DNA of 64,000 nucleotides from the human T2T-CHM13v2.0 reference genome, Homo sapiens. The notes beneath the pieces were generated by a model. The model ran no database searches. It was given only the letters and a program-made list of their open reading frames with translations, and had not been told where the DNA came from. The translations under genes were made by a program, and so were the position numbers. Below, in pieces: positions 13,756-26,470 of this stretch; position 1 is the first letter of the stretch; each line of letters begins with the position of its first letter. The DNA is taken from NCBI RefSeq assembly GCF_009914755.1, contig NC_060938.1; one strand, given 5' to 3'.

Positions 13756-14899
13756 TCCACTATAGATACCAGCTTCTCAAAGTTGGAAAGCACCTTGGCA
13801 GTCATCCAGACCAATTTATATCTAACGCCTGAGTGTCCTCTCTAACAGCCCAACAGTCAGTCATTTGCCTGGCAGTGCTGCTTGGCAATTCCTTTACACA
13901 ACCACAGTGAATGCCTCATTCCATTTCTCAGAGTGTTCCAAACCTTTATTCTATTATCACCCTTTTCCCAGCAGCCACATCTGCAGCAGAGCACATAGCT
14001 TAGAAAAACCAGAAGAGTTCTTTGGTTCCTCCTTGTCTTCCCTCAAATATGCACGTGCACATTTGTGTACATGTTTACAAACCCTTTTTTAAATTGAAAT
14101 CAGCCTCTCTGTTGTCTTCTACCCATGAGTCTGTGTGTTCTCCAGTCACGGAGAGTTACTCAACTTTCTTGTCCACATGGCAGCACTCCAAATATTGTAA
14201 GACAGCAAGTGTGGTATTTTGAGTCTTTTCCATTTAAATATTACCACTGTATTCAACTTGTGCAATGGAAAGAGAGAAACTAACATAACCACCAAGGGTG
14301 GGCAGTATCTGTTTGGCATGAGAGTCCCATCAAGCTAGTATTGTACATAAGTAACTCTATTTTTCTATGTACCCAATCTGAACAAGGAATTCGTAGAAGT
14401 AAATAATTTTTTAACTACTTGAGGTCTGAGTTAGAATTTAGTGTGATTATTTTCTTATAGCCTTTAAAGCAGCCTCTTCCTTTCAATTTTAAGCAAAACC
14501 AAGGTCCTAGACTAGCTTTTCAATCAAATAATTCAAGATTTTAAGAACTAAGTTAAAATATAAAAGGTATCTTGAATGGATGTTACTGAAAATCACCTGA
14601 TAATAATGTTTGGTATTGTGACAGGGAAAGGTGGCTGGGTAAGGTTTATAGAAAGTGAATGCCAAAAAAAAAAAAAAAAAAGTGAAATGCAGCAACCAGT
14701 GTTTGCCAAATAATTGTTAAAATCTTCTATAACAATTTAACAACGTATAGGAATTTGCAATTAGATCTATCCATTTAAAAATCATACAGCCTTACTTTAA
14801 GTGCATACTTAATCTAAGGTTTAAATAACAATTTATTAAAAGAATAAGGTGACCAGGAGTGGCAAGAGGTACAAGTGAGTAAATGTGAGTACACTTGAT

Positions 14900-15177
14900 T
14901 AATGCTGCTCAAAGTGTGGCCCTCAGACCATGCTATCTGGTGCTGTTCTGCAATAAGAAAAAAATTGCTATAAGGTACTTAGAAGCTTTATAGAACATGG
15001 ACAGAGTAACTTCATGTCAGTTGAATATAACACTACTTTTTAAAAAAATGTGGACTTGCCTTTTTTTCATTTTTCTAGCAATTTATTTTTATCCTATTTT
15101 ACTAAAACACTGGTCTAAATAGATTGAAAATTTAAAAACAGGAACTCCACCACAGGTATTTTCAGAAGCCAGCACTA
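14900..15177. mobile_element. hAT/Charlie-type non-autonomous DNA transposon
   Basis: tgctgctcaaagtgtgg start; ...caccacaggtattttcagaagc.agcact end; internal acagagtaacttcatgtcagttgaat. Confidence 0.65.
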
Positions 15178-15506
15178 GGTTAACTGGGATTTAACCTATT
15201 TTTCTTACTTACATAATTATTCTTTGCAATCCTGAGTTATGAGCCCAATCTTAATGCTGCAAACACCTACCCTGCCAGGAGACGGGTATAATTACAGGGT
15301 AATTCACAGACTCATCAAATGGTATGAAACTCAAATTATCTTAAAGGATGCTGAAAAGGAAACCTCCACTGAGGGGATTCCAACAAAAAGTAGCAGCTCA
15401 ATAGTTATGGTCACACATTCCTTCACTGGCCAAACAGGAATGATTCCTTCTTTGCTGAGAAACCACAGTCCTGGAGATGAGGACCAGTTAATAAGGAATG
15501 GGTCAT

Positions 15507-15740
15507 CTGCTATAGTTAACAGGAATGTATTATATAGTTTTAAATAGCTAGAAGGAGGATACTGAATGTTCCTAACACAAAGAAATGATAAATGTTTGAT
15601 ATAAAGGGTATGCTAATTGTTCTGATCTGATCACTATATATAATATGTATCAAAACATCACCATGCATCCCTTGAATATGTACATTATTTGTCAACCACA
15701 AAAATTAAATTAACAATACAACAACAACAACAACAACAAA
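15507..15740 (+). mobile_element. 5'-truncated L1MA 3' end with (CAA)n tail
   Basis: aaatagctagaag, aacacaaagaaatgataaatgttt; TSD gaatgggtcat at 15496-15506 and 15741-15751. Confidence 0.9.
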
Positions 15741-18700
15741 GAATGGGTCATATTGTATGTGTCCGAGGCTACTTTGAGAAGAAAACATCTGCAATCTCTT
15801 TTAGAACCCCAGCTCAGATGTATGCTGAGAAGAGGAAAATCTGTAAGACAATTAGACATCACTAAAAGTTTTTAAATAGTCAATTTGAAAAGTGAATTTG
15901 CTTTGCTATAGTATATAATTTCCATGTTTAACCTTGTGTCTTAAAGACACTAATTAAAAACAATGAGATAAAATCTTTATAGTCTTTGGAAAAACCCTGC
16001 TACTATCTTGGTTCACATTTTACCACCAAGGAAGTGGAAATGGAATAAAGTGGTCCCCAGAACAGGGGGAAATATTGTCTCTTCTCAAGGAAGCATTGTG
16101 GATGTGGGGAAGGATTCAAGACACATTACAGCTGATAGGCAGTTTGGCCTTTCCCTTTCATCTCCTGAGCCTTGTTTTAGATGTCAATGTGTCATTCTCC
16201 AGCAACTCAGGCTTAGCGGGATTTACTGAGCCTTAAATTATGCATCATCTTTCACTGTCATTTGGTAACAGATACTAAAGCTGGTATCAGAAAGTATGCC
16301 ACTGTGATGCAAGAAATAAAGCTTTTTAAAATTAATTTCTCATGGATTTTATCTTACAGGTACCTTAATTCCTAGCAGCTGAGGTTGACATATTTCTAAT
16401 TAATCATCTGTCATCCCGAGACTATCTTCCAAGTTTTGGTCACAAGATATATTTTAAAACTGTCCTTGGCTCTTCCCTTATTTTTCAGTATGACAGATTA
16501 GTACTACTTTCTTATTAATATGCCTGACACCATTTTATATACTCTCAATCACAAGATTGAGATATGATATTTGCATCTTAACAGGATAGTCAAATGCTTG
16601 GCTTTTTATTTTACTTTTTTTAAAAATGAATTTCAAAATACTGGCTACTGTAATAATTTATTATACTGCCCTTAATTAGTCAAAGGACGAAAAATCTATA
16701 AACTTGTGACAATAACAAATTTTCAAAGACAGGCTGGTTGCATTATCCTCCCCCTTCCTAAATAAAATATCCATTTCCCCTTTTTCCTCATTTAAAAGAA
16801 CATATGCAACTATCCTGAATGCCAGGGCCGCAGCCCCTCACAGGCCTGACACAACTCTGCTGGCTCCCTGTTACAGCTGTCTATTTTTTCCCTAAGCTAT
16901 CCGTTGTCATGAAGACTTCCTTTTTTTAACTTTTGCATTTAAGATGCACATCAGAAAAATGGCTTGTGCATAATTCTTTGATGGAGATTTATGATCTTGA
17001 TCAAACGATGAATCAAGATTTATGAGCTTGCTTGATAGCATTTGAGTATTTCACTCATACATTTCCAAAGGATGTAGCTCTTAGCTTTACAGATTTTGCT
17101 CATTTTCAGAAAATCATCTTCTTGACTGTTTCAAACATGCAAGTGCCAGGCAGCAGGATTGCTGAGAAGCAAAACATTAGTCTCCCTCAGCTTTCACCAT
17201 TATTATCAGAAGTTATTTATCAAAAAGTTTGGTTCAACATTGTCTTTTTTTAAGGAGAAGAGAGAGGAATCACAGATGAGGACAATTTGTCATGTTTCTC
17301 AGAGCTAACAAAAATACACAATTGCATTTCATGTCATTACTGTCTACACAGGTCAGACTTTGTGCTCTCAGTATTCATGTAACAACCTCAATCAGTGTAG
17401 AGATAGAATAAAAATGACTAAGAGCACAAATGAGATGGCTTTGTAAATTCTTTCATTTCAACTATGGTTCAGGATTATATTCTGATATAATTCCTTCAGA
17501 CAGTGGTAAAAGTGAAGTTTTTCAAGAGCCATAGTCAAACAGATGGTCTGCTGAGTTACCCAGACATTACACACAAACTGTGGGGCATGGATTGTTTCAC
17601 TACTGAAACAATGGACTATTACTATTACCATTGGCATTACTATTACTATTATGATTACCATTGTAGTTGTATTTCACCCTAAACCAACCACCATAAGATA
17701 CTGGTTCTTACTTAGCAAAAATAATACATTAGGTAAATCATTTGGATTTTTAAATATAGTCCTGTTCTGGTGAAGAAGCTAAGCTCTGAAGACATTTTTT
17801 TAAAGTCATAGAAATTAGCATAAACTATGAGGTCATAGCATGTGTATAGCAATAGTCTTCGTCTCCTTTTTCTATCCCTTTTTAATCAATATTCATACCC
17901 ACAACCCTGTTCAGCTAGTTCTAATCCAGCTGCAAAATAAATAATCTTTATCAGGTGAAGGTGAAACAAATGAATGAATGAATCAATCAATCAATCACTC
18001 CCTCTCTCAACCTTTACTATCCTGAGCCAAGGTTTGCAGAACAAAAATAGATAAAATGTGAACCTAAAAGAAAATTGCAATGATTATTTAAAAAACAAGA
18101 CAATTCACTTTGTTCTTTCAGATGTCACTAACATTTCTGAACCGGCTTTTTTAACAGGGTTCAACAGACAGATAGATGCCTATCTTTTGTAAAAATCATG
18201 GTATTTTAACTTGATAGTTAATGCAGTTATAACTCCGATTCTGAAGTAACTACCAGAAAAACCAAAAAGACTCAAATAAATATATGTCTTGGTTAGAAAA
18301 TCAACAGCCTTTTCCTGTACAGCTTAAGGTAAAATCATTCCAAACAAATATGACAAACAAAGTCTTCACCCCCTGGGTTTAGGGTAAATATGAGTTTTGT
18401 GATAAGGGCATCTGGTGGTATTTGCCTAAATTGCTATGAGAATGTAACTGGGCTTAAAGAAAACTAAGATTGACCAGGTAGAGAAGGCTCAACTCATCCT
18501 ATTTTATTCTTAAATCAGCTGGGGAAATCTATAAATCAGCCAGTTGGACGCTGTGCTCATCAAAGCATAATCACATAACACCTTTCTGAGTCATGATGTT
18601 GAGAATATACCAAAAGACCAGAGACATCACTGTGACATCATCAGACACACATAAATTTGGTCTTTGCAACTGAGTAATTAGCCATAGCAAAATATCTGCA

Positions 18701-18934
18701 GGTTATCCTAAGGGGAGATTTTATTTCTTTAAGAAGTTTAATCTCTATCTGATTGCAGCTACTGGATGGTATCTGGAATTGGTTTGTTTGCTTTGCAGGG
18801 TGTGTGGGGAGTGTTTTGTTTTATTTAAAGAATCTTTTTTGGTTTCCAGAAAATACTAGGGAGAACTCAAGGTCTGGATTAGAATGTTTCCAACTCCTGA
18901 CTTCCTCCTAGGATCTAGGACACCTGGGGACCTT

Positions 18935-19094
18935 AGGTCTTAAAGTGTGATCCATGGATCAACAGCATCTGTAACCGTGGGTGCTTGTTAGAAATGTGGA
19001 ATCTCAGGCTTCACCCAGATATAATGAATCAAAATCAGCATTTCAATAAAATCCTCAGGTGATCTACATGCACATTCAAGTTTGAGAAGAACTG
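18935..19094. mobile_element. MER5A (hAT-Charlie MITE)
   Basis: aaagtgtgatcc...cttgttagaaatg..gaatctcagg...caggtgat...aagtttgagaagaactg. Confidence 0.85.
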
Positions 19095-19744
19095 ATTTAG
19101 AAAGCCAGTCCTTTTCAGAGTATATTCAGCTCAGGAATTAGAGGTAGTTAACTCTTGGACACAAACATGACCATTCCTAGACTATACTTTCTTCCCAGGG
19201 TCAGCCTGCCATGGACAAAATAGGATTGGCACAGATCAGCCCCAACATTTAGAAACAGCTGAGAAAAGTCTGTCTCTCCTAAGGAAGCATAGCATAAGGA
19301 AGACAGAGTAGGAGGAAGAAAATGCAATTGTGTCCCTGGTACACATTTCTAGGGGACTAAGGAGTTGAGGCAAAGATAATACTAACATCCATGTTTAACA
19401 TTATACCTAATGTTAACAACTCGGCACAATTTTGTAAAAAAATCTCATATTATTAAGGAATGACACAAAAACTAGAAGAAAAGATGACAAAATGGAGTAG
19501 GCAAATGTGTGATTGTTTTACTACATTTTCACACTTTTTGGCAAAGTATTGGCAACGCACGTGGGGACAGAAGGATCACTGTAACTCATTGAAGAGACGG
19601 TGAGAAAAGGCTGTCACCAGCACTGGAAGCTACAAACATGGAGCACAGCTTTAGCAACAACCTTCCTCAAACACCAATCGCACCATAAGCACTCAAGATA
19701 ATCTCTGAGGAGGTTAACATTTTCAATTAGAAATTAATTGCATT

Positions 19745-20520
19745 TCAGTGCTGGGAAAACTGAATAACCATATGCAAAAAGAAAGAAGCTGGACACCTAC
19801 CTCATACTATATACAAAAATTAACCTGAATAAATTATAGACATAAATGTAAGGGCTAAAACTTCAAAAATCTTAGAAAAAGACATAGATAACAATCTTTA
19901 TTACCTTGCATTAGACAAAAGTTTCTAGACATGACACTAAAAACACAAAAGACAAAAAAAAGATAAATTAAAATTCATCAAAATTTAAAACTTTGTGCTG
20001 AAAAGGACACCATTAATAAAGTGAGAAGACAATATACATAACGGGAGAAAATATTTGCTAACCATATTACAACATGGATGACTTTTTAAGACATTATGTC
20101 AGTCACATATCCTTGCCGGACTTCCTCCTTCCCCAGGAACACAGTCCTCAAGGTGAGATGTGTCCAAGCTGCCTAAGTTGTCTGCCTTTGTTTTTTTATA
20201 CTTATGCAACAGGTACAATGTTGAAAGAAGCCAATCACAAAAGGCTGTATGGTTCCAGTGATGTAAGATGTCCAGGATAGGTAAATCCATAGAGATAGAA
20301 AGTAGATTAATGGTTGCCAAGGGCTGGGGGAGGTTGTATCTAATAATAGGTATGGATTTTTGTGTATGTGGGGAGGGGTGGTGATGAAAAAAGTTAGTGG
20401 TAAATAGGATAGCAGTGATGTACTGCACAGATGTGTGAATAAACTAAAAACCAATTGTACATCTAAATGGGTAAACTTCAGGGTTATGAATTATATTTCA
20501 ATAAAACTAGTCTTAAAAGA
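19745..20520 (+). mobile_element. L1M (L1MB-like) ORF2 and 3' UTR remnant, internally deleted and interrupted by a 125-bp insertion
   Basis: tgctgggaaaactg, atacaaaaattaac, aaatttaaaacttt, atccatagagatagaaagtagattaatggttgcc. Confidence 0.85.
20100..20224 (+). repeat. Dispersed direct duplicate of 21268-21392
   Basis: 125-bp ungapped alignment at offset 1168 with about 11 mismatches. Confidence 0.95.
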
Positions 20521-20671
20521 AACAAGTAGATGAGGGTAAGGGGACACAGGAATGACCTGTGATGGTTTTATTTAAATTTTGTCAATACAAACCTAAAATC
20601 ATTGTTAAAGGAGCTCATTAAAACGTTTAACTTTAAAAAGAGGTGATTATTTCTTAAAAACCACACCCCCA

Positions 20672-20672
<1 letters not shown>

Positions 20673-20718
<46 letters not shown>
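20673..20718 (+). repeat. (CA)23 microsatellite
   Basis: Uninterrupted CA run. Confidence 0.95.
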
Positions 20719-20719
<1 letters not shown>

Positions 20720-21267
20720 CAGGCATGGATGTCTAAACAACTAAATCTTGTTTAGTTGGTGAAATTAAAGAAAGGGAAAAAGTTTCAATTAATAAAATAC
20801 TGTAGAATTGGCAGTCTGACAAATGAGTTAGAAGTGAAGATTTATCTACTCAATACGAATGCTTTATTAAACACAGAGACTTAATTAACATATTTCTGGT
20901 ACTCTCTTCTCCCTTATTACGGCAGTTTAACCAGTGGCTGGTACATTCTCACCCTAGAACACAACTGATTGTTGACATGAAATGTGAAAAAAGCAGAATT
21001 ACAGCATCTTATGTTTGAATATTAACTGTCAAATATTTGGTCTAAATATAAGGTTTCAATTTTGTTCTAAACCAAGAGTGCAAAAGAGAAAAACTTTTCC
21101 CTACTTACTGTACTGTGAAATAATGAATGCTTCACAACTTCAAGGCTGTTGGCTCAAGTTCCCATACTGGGAAGGCAGAAGAAACGAAAGCAGGTGCTTT
21201 GAATCTAACAGTGTGCTCAAGATGGAAATTCTACTGTTATCATAATGGAGACTCTGGAAAAATAGTG

Positions 21268-21392
21268 CAGTCACACATCCTTGCCTAACTTCCTCCTTCC
21301 TCAGGAACACAGCCCTCAAGGTGAGATGTGTCGGAGCTGCCTAAGTTGTCTGCCTTTGTTTTTTAACACTTATGCAACAGGTACTATGTCGA
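21268..21392 (+). repeat. Likely donor copy of the 20100-20224 duplicate
   Basis: Same 125-bp sequence in non-repetitive context. Confidence 0.9.
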
Positions 21393-23254
21393 GTTTAGCA
21401 CACTCAGAAATCAAGTATTTTCGGGGCAATTTCTGCCTAAGATGCTTAAAATAACCTTATCACCAAGTCTCATTCTGGCATGGGTAATATGGTACTTTAG
21501 TCTTCCAGACTAAAGAGATGGAAGAAAGGTTTCTAAGAAAGGGAAAATTATCCTGTAACAAACACACTGACAGAAATGTGTATACCATTTTATTTCCTAA
21601 TTCTTCAGAAAAACATCTTTGGATGTTTTAATAACTGATAAATAAATGCGAAAAATAAAAAAAAAACAAATTTTAAGTTACCTTTACAGTTCATTACATC
21701 CCTTTAGAGAAGAACTATTTCTCTCCAAAAGATTCAATACGCACTTTTTTTTTTTTTAAATCAAATTGCCCTCAAGTCACTTAGTACGTCAGATTAAATT
21801 CTGCTCCTACTTGGTATCTAAGAGGAGTTATTTTGCGCTACAACAATTTTATACAACAATTTTAATAAATCTGTGAATGCACCTCACATGTGTGACTCTG
21901 CCTCATACCCTTAATTTCTTTGTGCAATATAGTGACTTGGTTTATTAAATAAATGAGTATTTGTTAATGAAAACAGTAGTGGGAGAAGGTGAGTTGTGTG
22001 TATGTACTTAAGGATGGTGTGGGTGCATGACAGGGAGGCTAATTTCTTATAAATCTTCACTTGCTTACAATACCAAAGTGCCTACACTTTGAAAGAAAGC
22101 TTATAATAAAGAGAGAAACAGCTACACAGAGACAAGTTAGGTCAAATTGAAAATGACAGGAGCTTCATTTGTGCTCTTGCGAAGAATGTAAAGTAAGAGG
22201 AGAGAAAACTTGGGTAAAATTTAGCTTTCCAGAGGTTTTGATATCCAAAAATTTCCAATGTCATTGTGATTCTTATGTTTAGCTTTCCATCTTCTCAACT
22301 TAAGAGACCAGAATATCAACAGCATCTACGTATCAAAAAGCACTACAAACATCTTGAAACTCACCAGTGTACTTGCTCCTGGTACACAGAAATCAAACAA
22401 AGCACAGCAAGAATCAGGAACTCAATACTCAAAACACATGTGGAGGAAGATGTATAAATGTTATTGTGTTTGTATACTAGATTTTAAAAATAAAGGTGTG
22501 TTAGATATGGCCATTTTCTAAAATAACAAGACTGCCATTTACACTTCATGTTTTAATGGTTCTTTTCTGACAGTTTAAAATATTTACTCATAAAATATTT
22601 ACTCAACTATTTTTAACGTTTGATCAACAGAATATTTCTCTTTCTCATTTTCAGAGAGCTGAGGTGACTCCTCAGGCAGTGTGTTATACTTCCTTGCTGG
22701 CGATAGTTTAGCCCTCCTTTAGTTTGATGAGAAGGAAACTCAAGGCTGAGTAAGCGCACATTTCTAGAGATTCCCCTTTTATTTGTTTTTGAATAAAACC
22801 CAGCATACTTTATTGAATTGGAAAATTTCTGTTAGCCAGCAAGGCCTCCACCCCAGTAGAGCCATACTGCTCCCAGAGGACCCTAAGAAGGATCCTGTCT
22901 CCCTCAGCTGCCCCCATTTCCAACATCTCCTCAATGTTACATCCTTCAAGCCCCCAAACCACCTCACAGTCTCTTATCTTCCATGTCAACTGTTCTAAGA
23001 ATAGTATGAAGGGTTTGCCAAGCAACTCCTGTGCACAACTGGAGACCGTCTTTACCCACAAACTATGTTCTGTTTCACTTGTTTCTGGGAAACAGGAAAA
23101 CCAGCTCAGTTATCAGGATAGTAGCACATGCTATGACCACTGAGATAATGCAACCCAAGATCTAGAAATCTGGTGTGTTGGATGTATTGCTGACTACACA
23201 GCAGACACAAGGCACCAGAGACAAGGGTTTAATACTTAATAAATCTAGCTTTGG

Positions 23255-23470
23255 GATCAGAGACCTAGTTTAAAACAGGCTTGGCCTTTTACTAACTGCC
23301 ACTTAGTAGGCAAGTTGTATAATCTGTTAAAGTCTCAATTCTCTTCTCTGTAAAATGGGAATAGTATCACTTACTTCACAGGGATGTGTCAGGATTCAAG
23401 GAAGTATTTGTAAAGTAATTCATACAATGTAGTACATACAAATTTCAATGAAAGCTAATAATTACTGCTG
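23255..23470 (+). mobile_element. MIR
   Basis: ggcaagtt...gtctcaattctcttctctgtaaaatgggaata...ggattcaa. Confidence 0.7.
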
Positions 23471-24439
23471 TTACCATTCCATTAATCAACACAAACCTGG
23501 TATAAGCTATATAATCCCAGCTTCAACCAGGCATCTATTTGATGACTCTAACACTTTAATAAGGTGCTTAGAGCACAGTGTGATCTCCAAGAAGAAATTA
23601 TATTTACCTTTTAAGAAGTGCAATTTTACTAAAACTTTCCAATATCTGCAAACACACATACCAAAAAGCATTGGCTTAATTCAACCTATATAATATCCTT
23701 TTTCTGGATATCAAGAGATGTCTCGTTTAGCATTCCTTTTGTTTAAATACAACTTTACTATAAGAGGGTAGAAGGCTCATCCAATTCAAGGCTTAGAATC
23801 AACTGGCATTAAGATAACAGGAGCTCAGTTATTCCTTCTAATACCAGCTAAAAGGCTTGTTGCTGTTATTCCAGAACAAATATCCACACCACAGAGGGAC
23901 AGGCACAGAGTCCCAGTATTGGGAAAGTCAGGCGGCAAATTACAGTCATTTCTCATAAAAAGGAAATTGTCCCCCTCTGCCTATTTTAACCTATGTTATT
24001 GACTACTACTATGTTTTTAAATAAGAACATGGCTCAAAAGCCACAACCCTTACTTTCACATTTCAGCTATTTTTTTGTCTCAAAGTTGGCCTGTACATCC
24101 CACCTTTCTATTGTTGGGTCCCTGTGCTCCTTACTGCTGCCCCTTTCACCACTGCCCTTGGTAATACACCCAGTGGACTCCCATATTCCTCAATCTTCAT
24201 CCCCCTCCCCTTTTTTTCAGGATACCATGCATCATATTCCAGGCCTTGCCGAGACTCCTGTCATCTTCCAGTCATTTACCAAAGTCTTTGTACATTCTGA
24301 CTTACTCTGTCAGCAGCCACTTCCCTAGAATGAGTCACCCTCCAACTCTTCTATTAAGTCTTCTGACCCTTATTTATCTCTTTCTGCCTTCTCCCTCATT
24401 CCAGTAAGCCATTGATGAAAAATTAGCAAAGAATTTCAG

Positions 24440-24610
24440 GCTTAAAGGGGGGCTTATAGATATCAAAACCAACTCCCTAGCTCTATAGATGAGAAAACTG
24501 ATGTTTAGAGGGATTAGGTGACTTCTCCAAAGCCACAGAGTGAGTGGGGGAACCAGGTAGAGACATCATACCACGTTTTAATTCCTGATCAAATGTGTTC
24601 TTAACACTGT
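24440..24610 (-). mobile_element. MIR3/MIR fragment
   Basis: atagatgagaaaactga...gtgacttctccaaagccacag. Confidence 0.65.
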
Positions 24611-25184
24611 AGCTGCTCTCACCTAGCGGAATTATCAATACCATTATTTTTCCTTTTTTAAAAATGCAGAGCCCAAGGGTATATCTTCCTCTTGCCACAG
24701 CCAGGCTATCATCTCTGTAAAGATAACCTCTTTTCCCCTTACTAAATCTTAGTGGCTGAAATTCTGCTTCCTTTCAAAATTCTTCTAAGAAGACATCTCT
24801 ACAACCTCCCAGGTCCTACAAGTACACAGGGATGCTGTCCTTTCCAACAGCAGCCTTGACACCAGGTAAATGCATCCTTCTACTTGGTGACCTTGACCTT
24901 GATATTATTTTCATTTGCCTGCCTGCTCATTCCACCTTATGCAGACATAGATGAGGGAAACCTTATAACAATTCCATGCCATCACCATCCCCAATATGTA
25001 CTTTAGATATTATAGCAACAAAATAGGTTCTAGTCATTAATTAACTTAAATGAAAGAACAGCATGTCCAGTTCAGTGATGAACTTATTTATGCCTCAGAT
25101 TTGAGCCATTTTGGATTCACTATTCTAATCTTTAATATAATTTTTCTCTCTCGGTTAAGAAGGATTCCTTCCTTTTGCTTACAT

Positions 25185-26470
25185 TTTAATGTATAATATG
25201 AAATATTTCCAACATTGAAAAAGATATAGAGAATAAATACTCAAGTATCCATGACCCAATATAAGAAATAACCCACAGCAAGCACTACTGATGTCTCCAT
25301 GCATCTATTTGTGACATTACCCCTGCCTCCATAAAAGATGATCAAAAATTTAAATTTGATGTTAACCATGCCCATGTCATTATTCATATTTAGATATATA
25401 TAAAACCAATCCTACACAACATAACAATTTTTGTTATAAACTTTATATAAATGGCAGCATAGGAAATATATCCTCCTGCAACTAGCTGTTTTGTTCATTA
25501 AGTTTGTGGGGTTTATTCATGTTGATCAATGTAGCTTTAGTTATTTTTACTGCTGTATGGTATTCCATTTTATTTAAAATGCCACAATGTTTTTATTCAT
25601 TTTCCTATTCACAGTTACATTCAAGTTTTCAATATTACAAACAACATTCTTTTTCATGTTTCCTTACGAACTTGTCAGTTTCTTTATGGTATAAGTACTA
25701 GCCAAGCCCTATAAGCACACCTTACATTTTGGAAGGTTTTGACAAATGGTTCTCCAAAGTGGTTATATCAATTTACAATGTATTAGAGCTCCCATTGCTC
25801 TACATCTTCACCATTGCTTACACTACAAAACTTCAGAAACGTTTTCCACTCTGATGAGAGTGAAATGGCATCTCATTTTAACTGACATTTTCCTGATTAC
25901 TAGTGAGGCCAAGTGTCTTTCATGTTTACTGGTCATTTGCATTTCCTCTTCTTTGAGCTACCTGCCCCTAGCTTTTGCCTATTTTCTTCAGGGTTGTCTT
26001 TATTATTCTGTAGTAAGTTTTATATTCTATTCCCTTTTCAGTTACACAAGGTTGCAAATATCTTCTCCTTGCACATGGCAGTCTTTTCACTTTGCTTATG
26101 GTGTTTTAGTGTCAAGAAGATTTTCCTTTTAATGCAAATTAACAACCTTTTCCTTTATGATTTGTCCCTTTTGTAGTTGTTCAAGAAATCCTTCTTTACC
26201 CTGATAAAAATAAGAACCAATTCCCACATATTTTTTTTTTGCAAAAAGCTTTAAAGTTTTTCTTTTTTACATTTAGCTCTTTAGCCCATAAAATTTATTT
26301 TTGTACATGGTGTGAGCTAGAGGTCCACTTTCTTCTCATTAAGAGTAATTGAATATCATGATTCCAGTTACTGAACATCATCCTGGATGTCATCCGTGTG
26401 GGGCATCTATGCCCCACTGCCCTGTAATGCCACCTGTCAAATATTACATTTCCATATAAGGGTGGGCCAC
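25185..26470 (-). mobile_element. Old L1 (L1ME-like), ORF2 end and 3' region
   Basis: ctccaaagtggtt, tgaaatggcatctcatttt, ttcctgattactagtgagg, gttgcaaatatcttctc. Confidence 0.8.

Noticed and set aside
13374-13832. 152-aa K/E/R-rich ORF
   Set aside because: Open only because it crosses an Alu and a stop-free purine microsatellite.
15271-15350. - strand pseudo-exon (tccttttcag ... AGG|GTAGGT) and the overlapping + ORF 15239-15547
   Set aside because: Stops in all - frames; the + ORF has no recognisable homology and runs into an L1 fragment.
22654-22749. + strand exon-like segment (also ~41698-41811 and ~50902-50980)
   Set aside because: Weak donors or repeat-derived, no coding signal; expected by chance in 64 kb.
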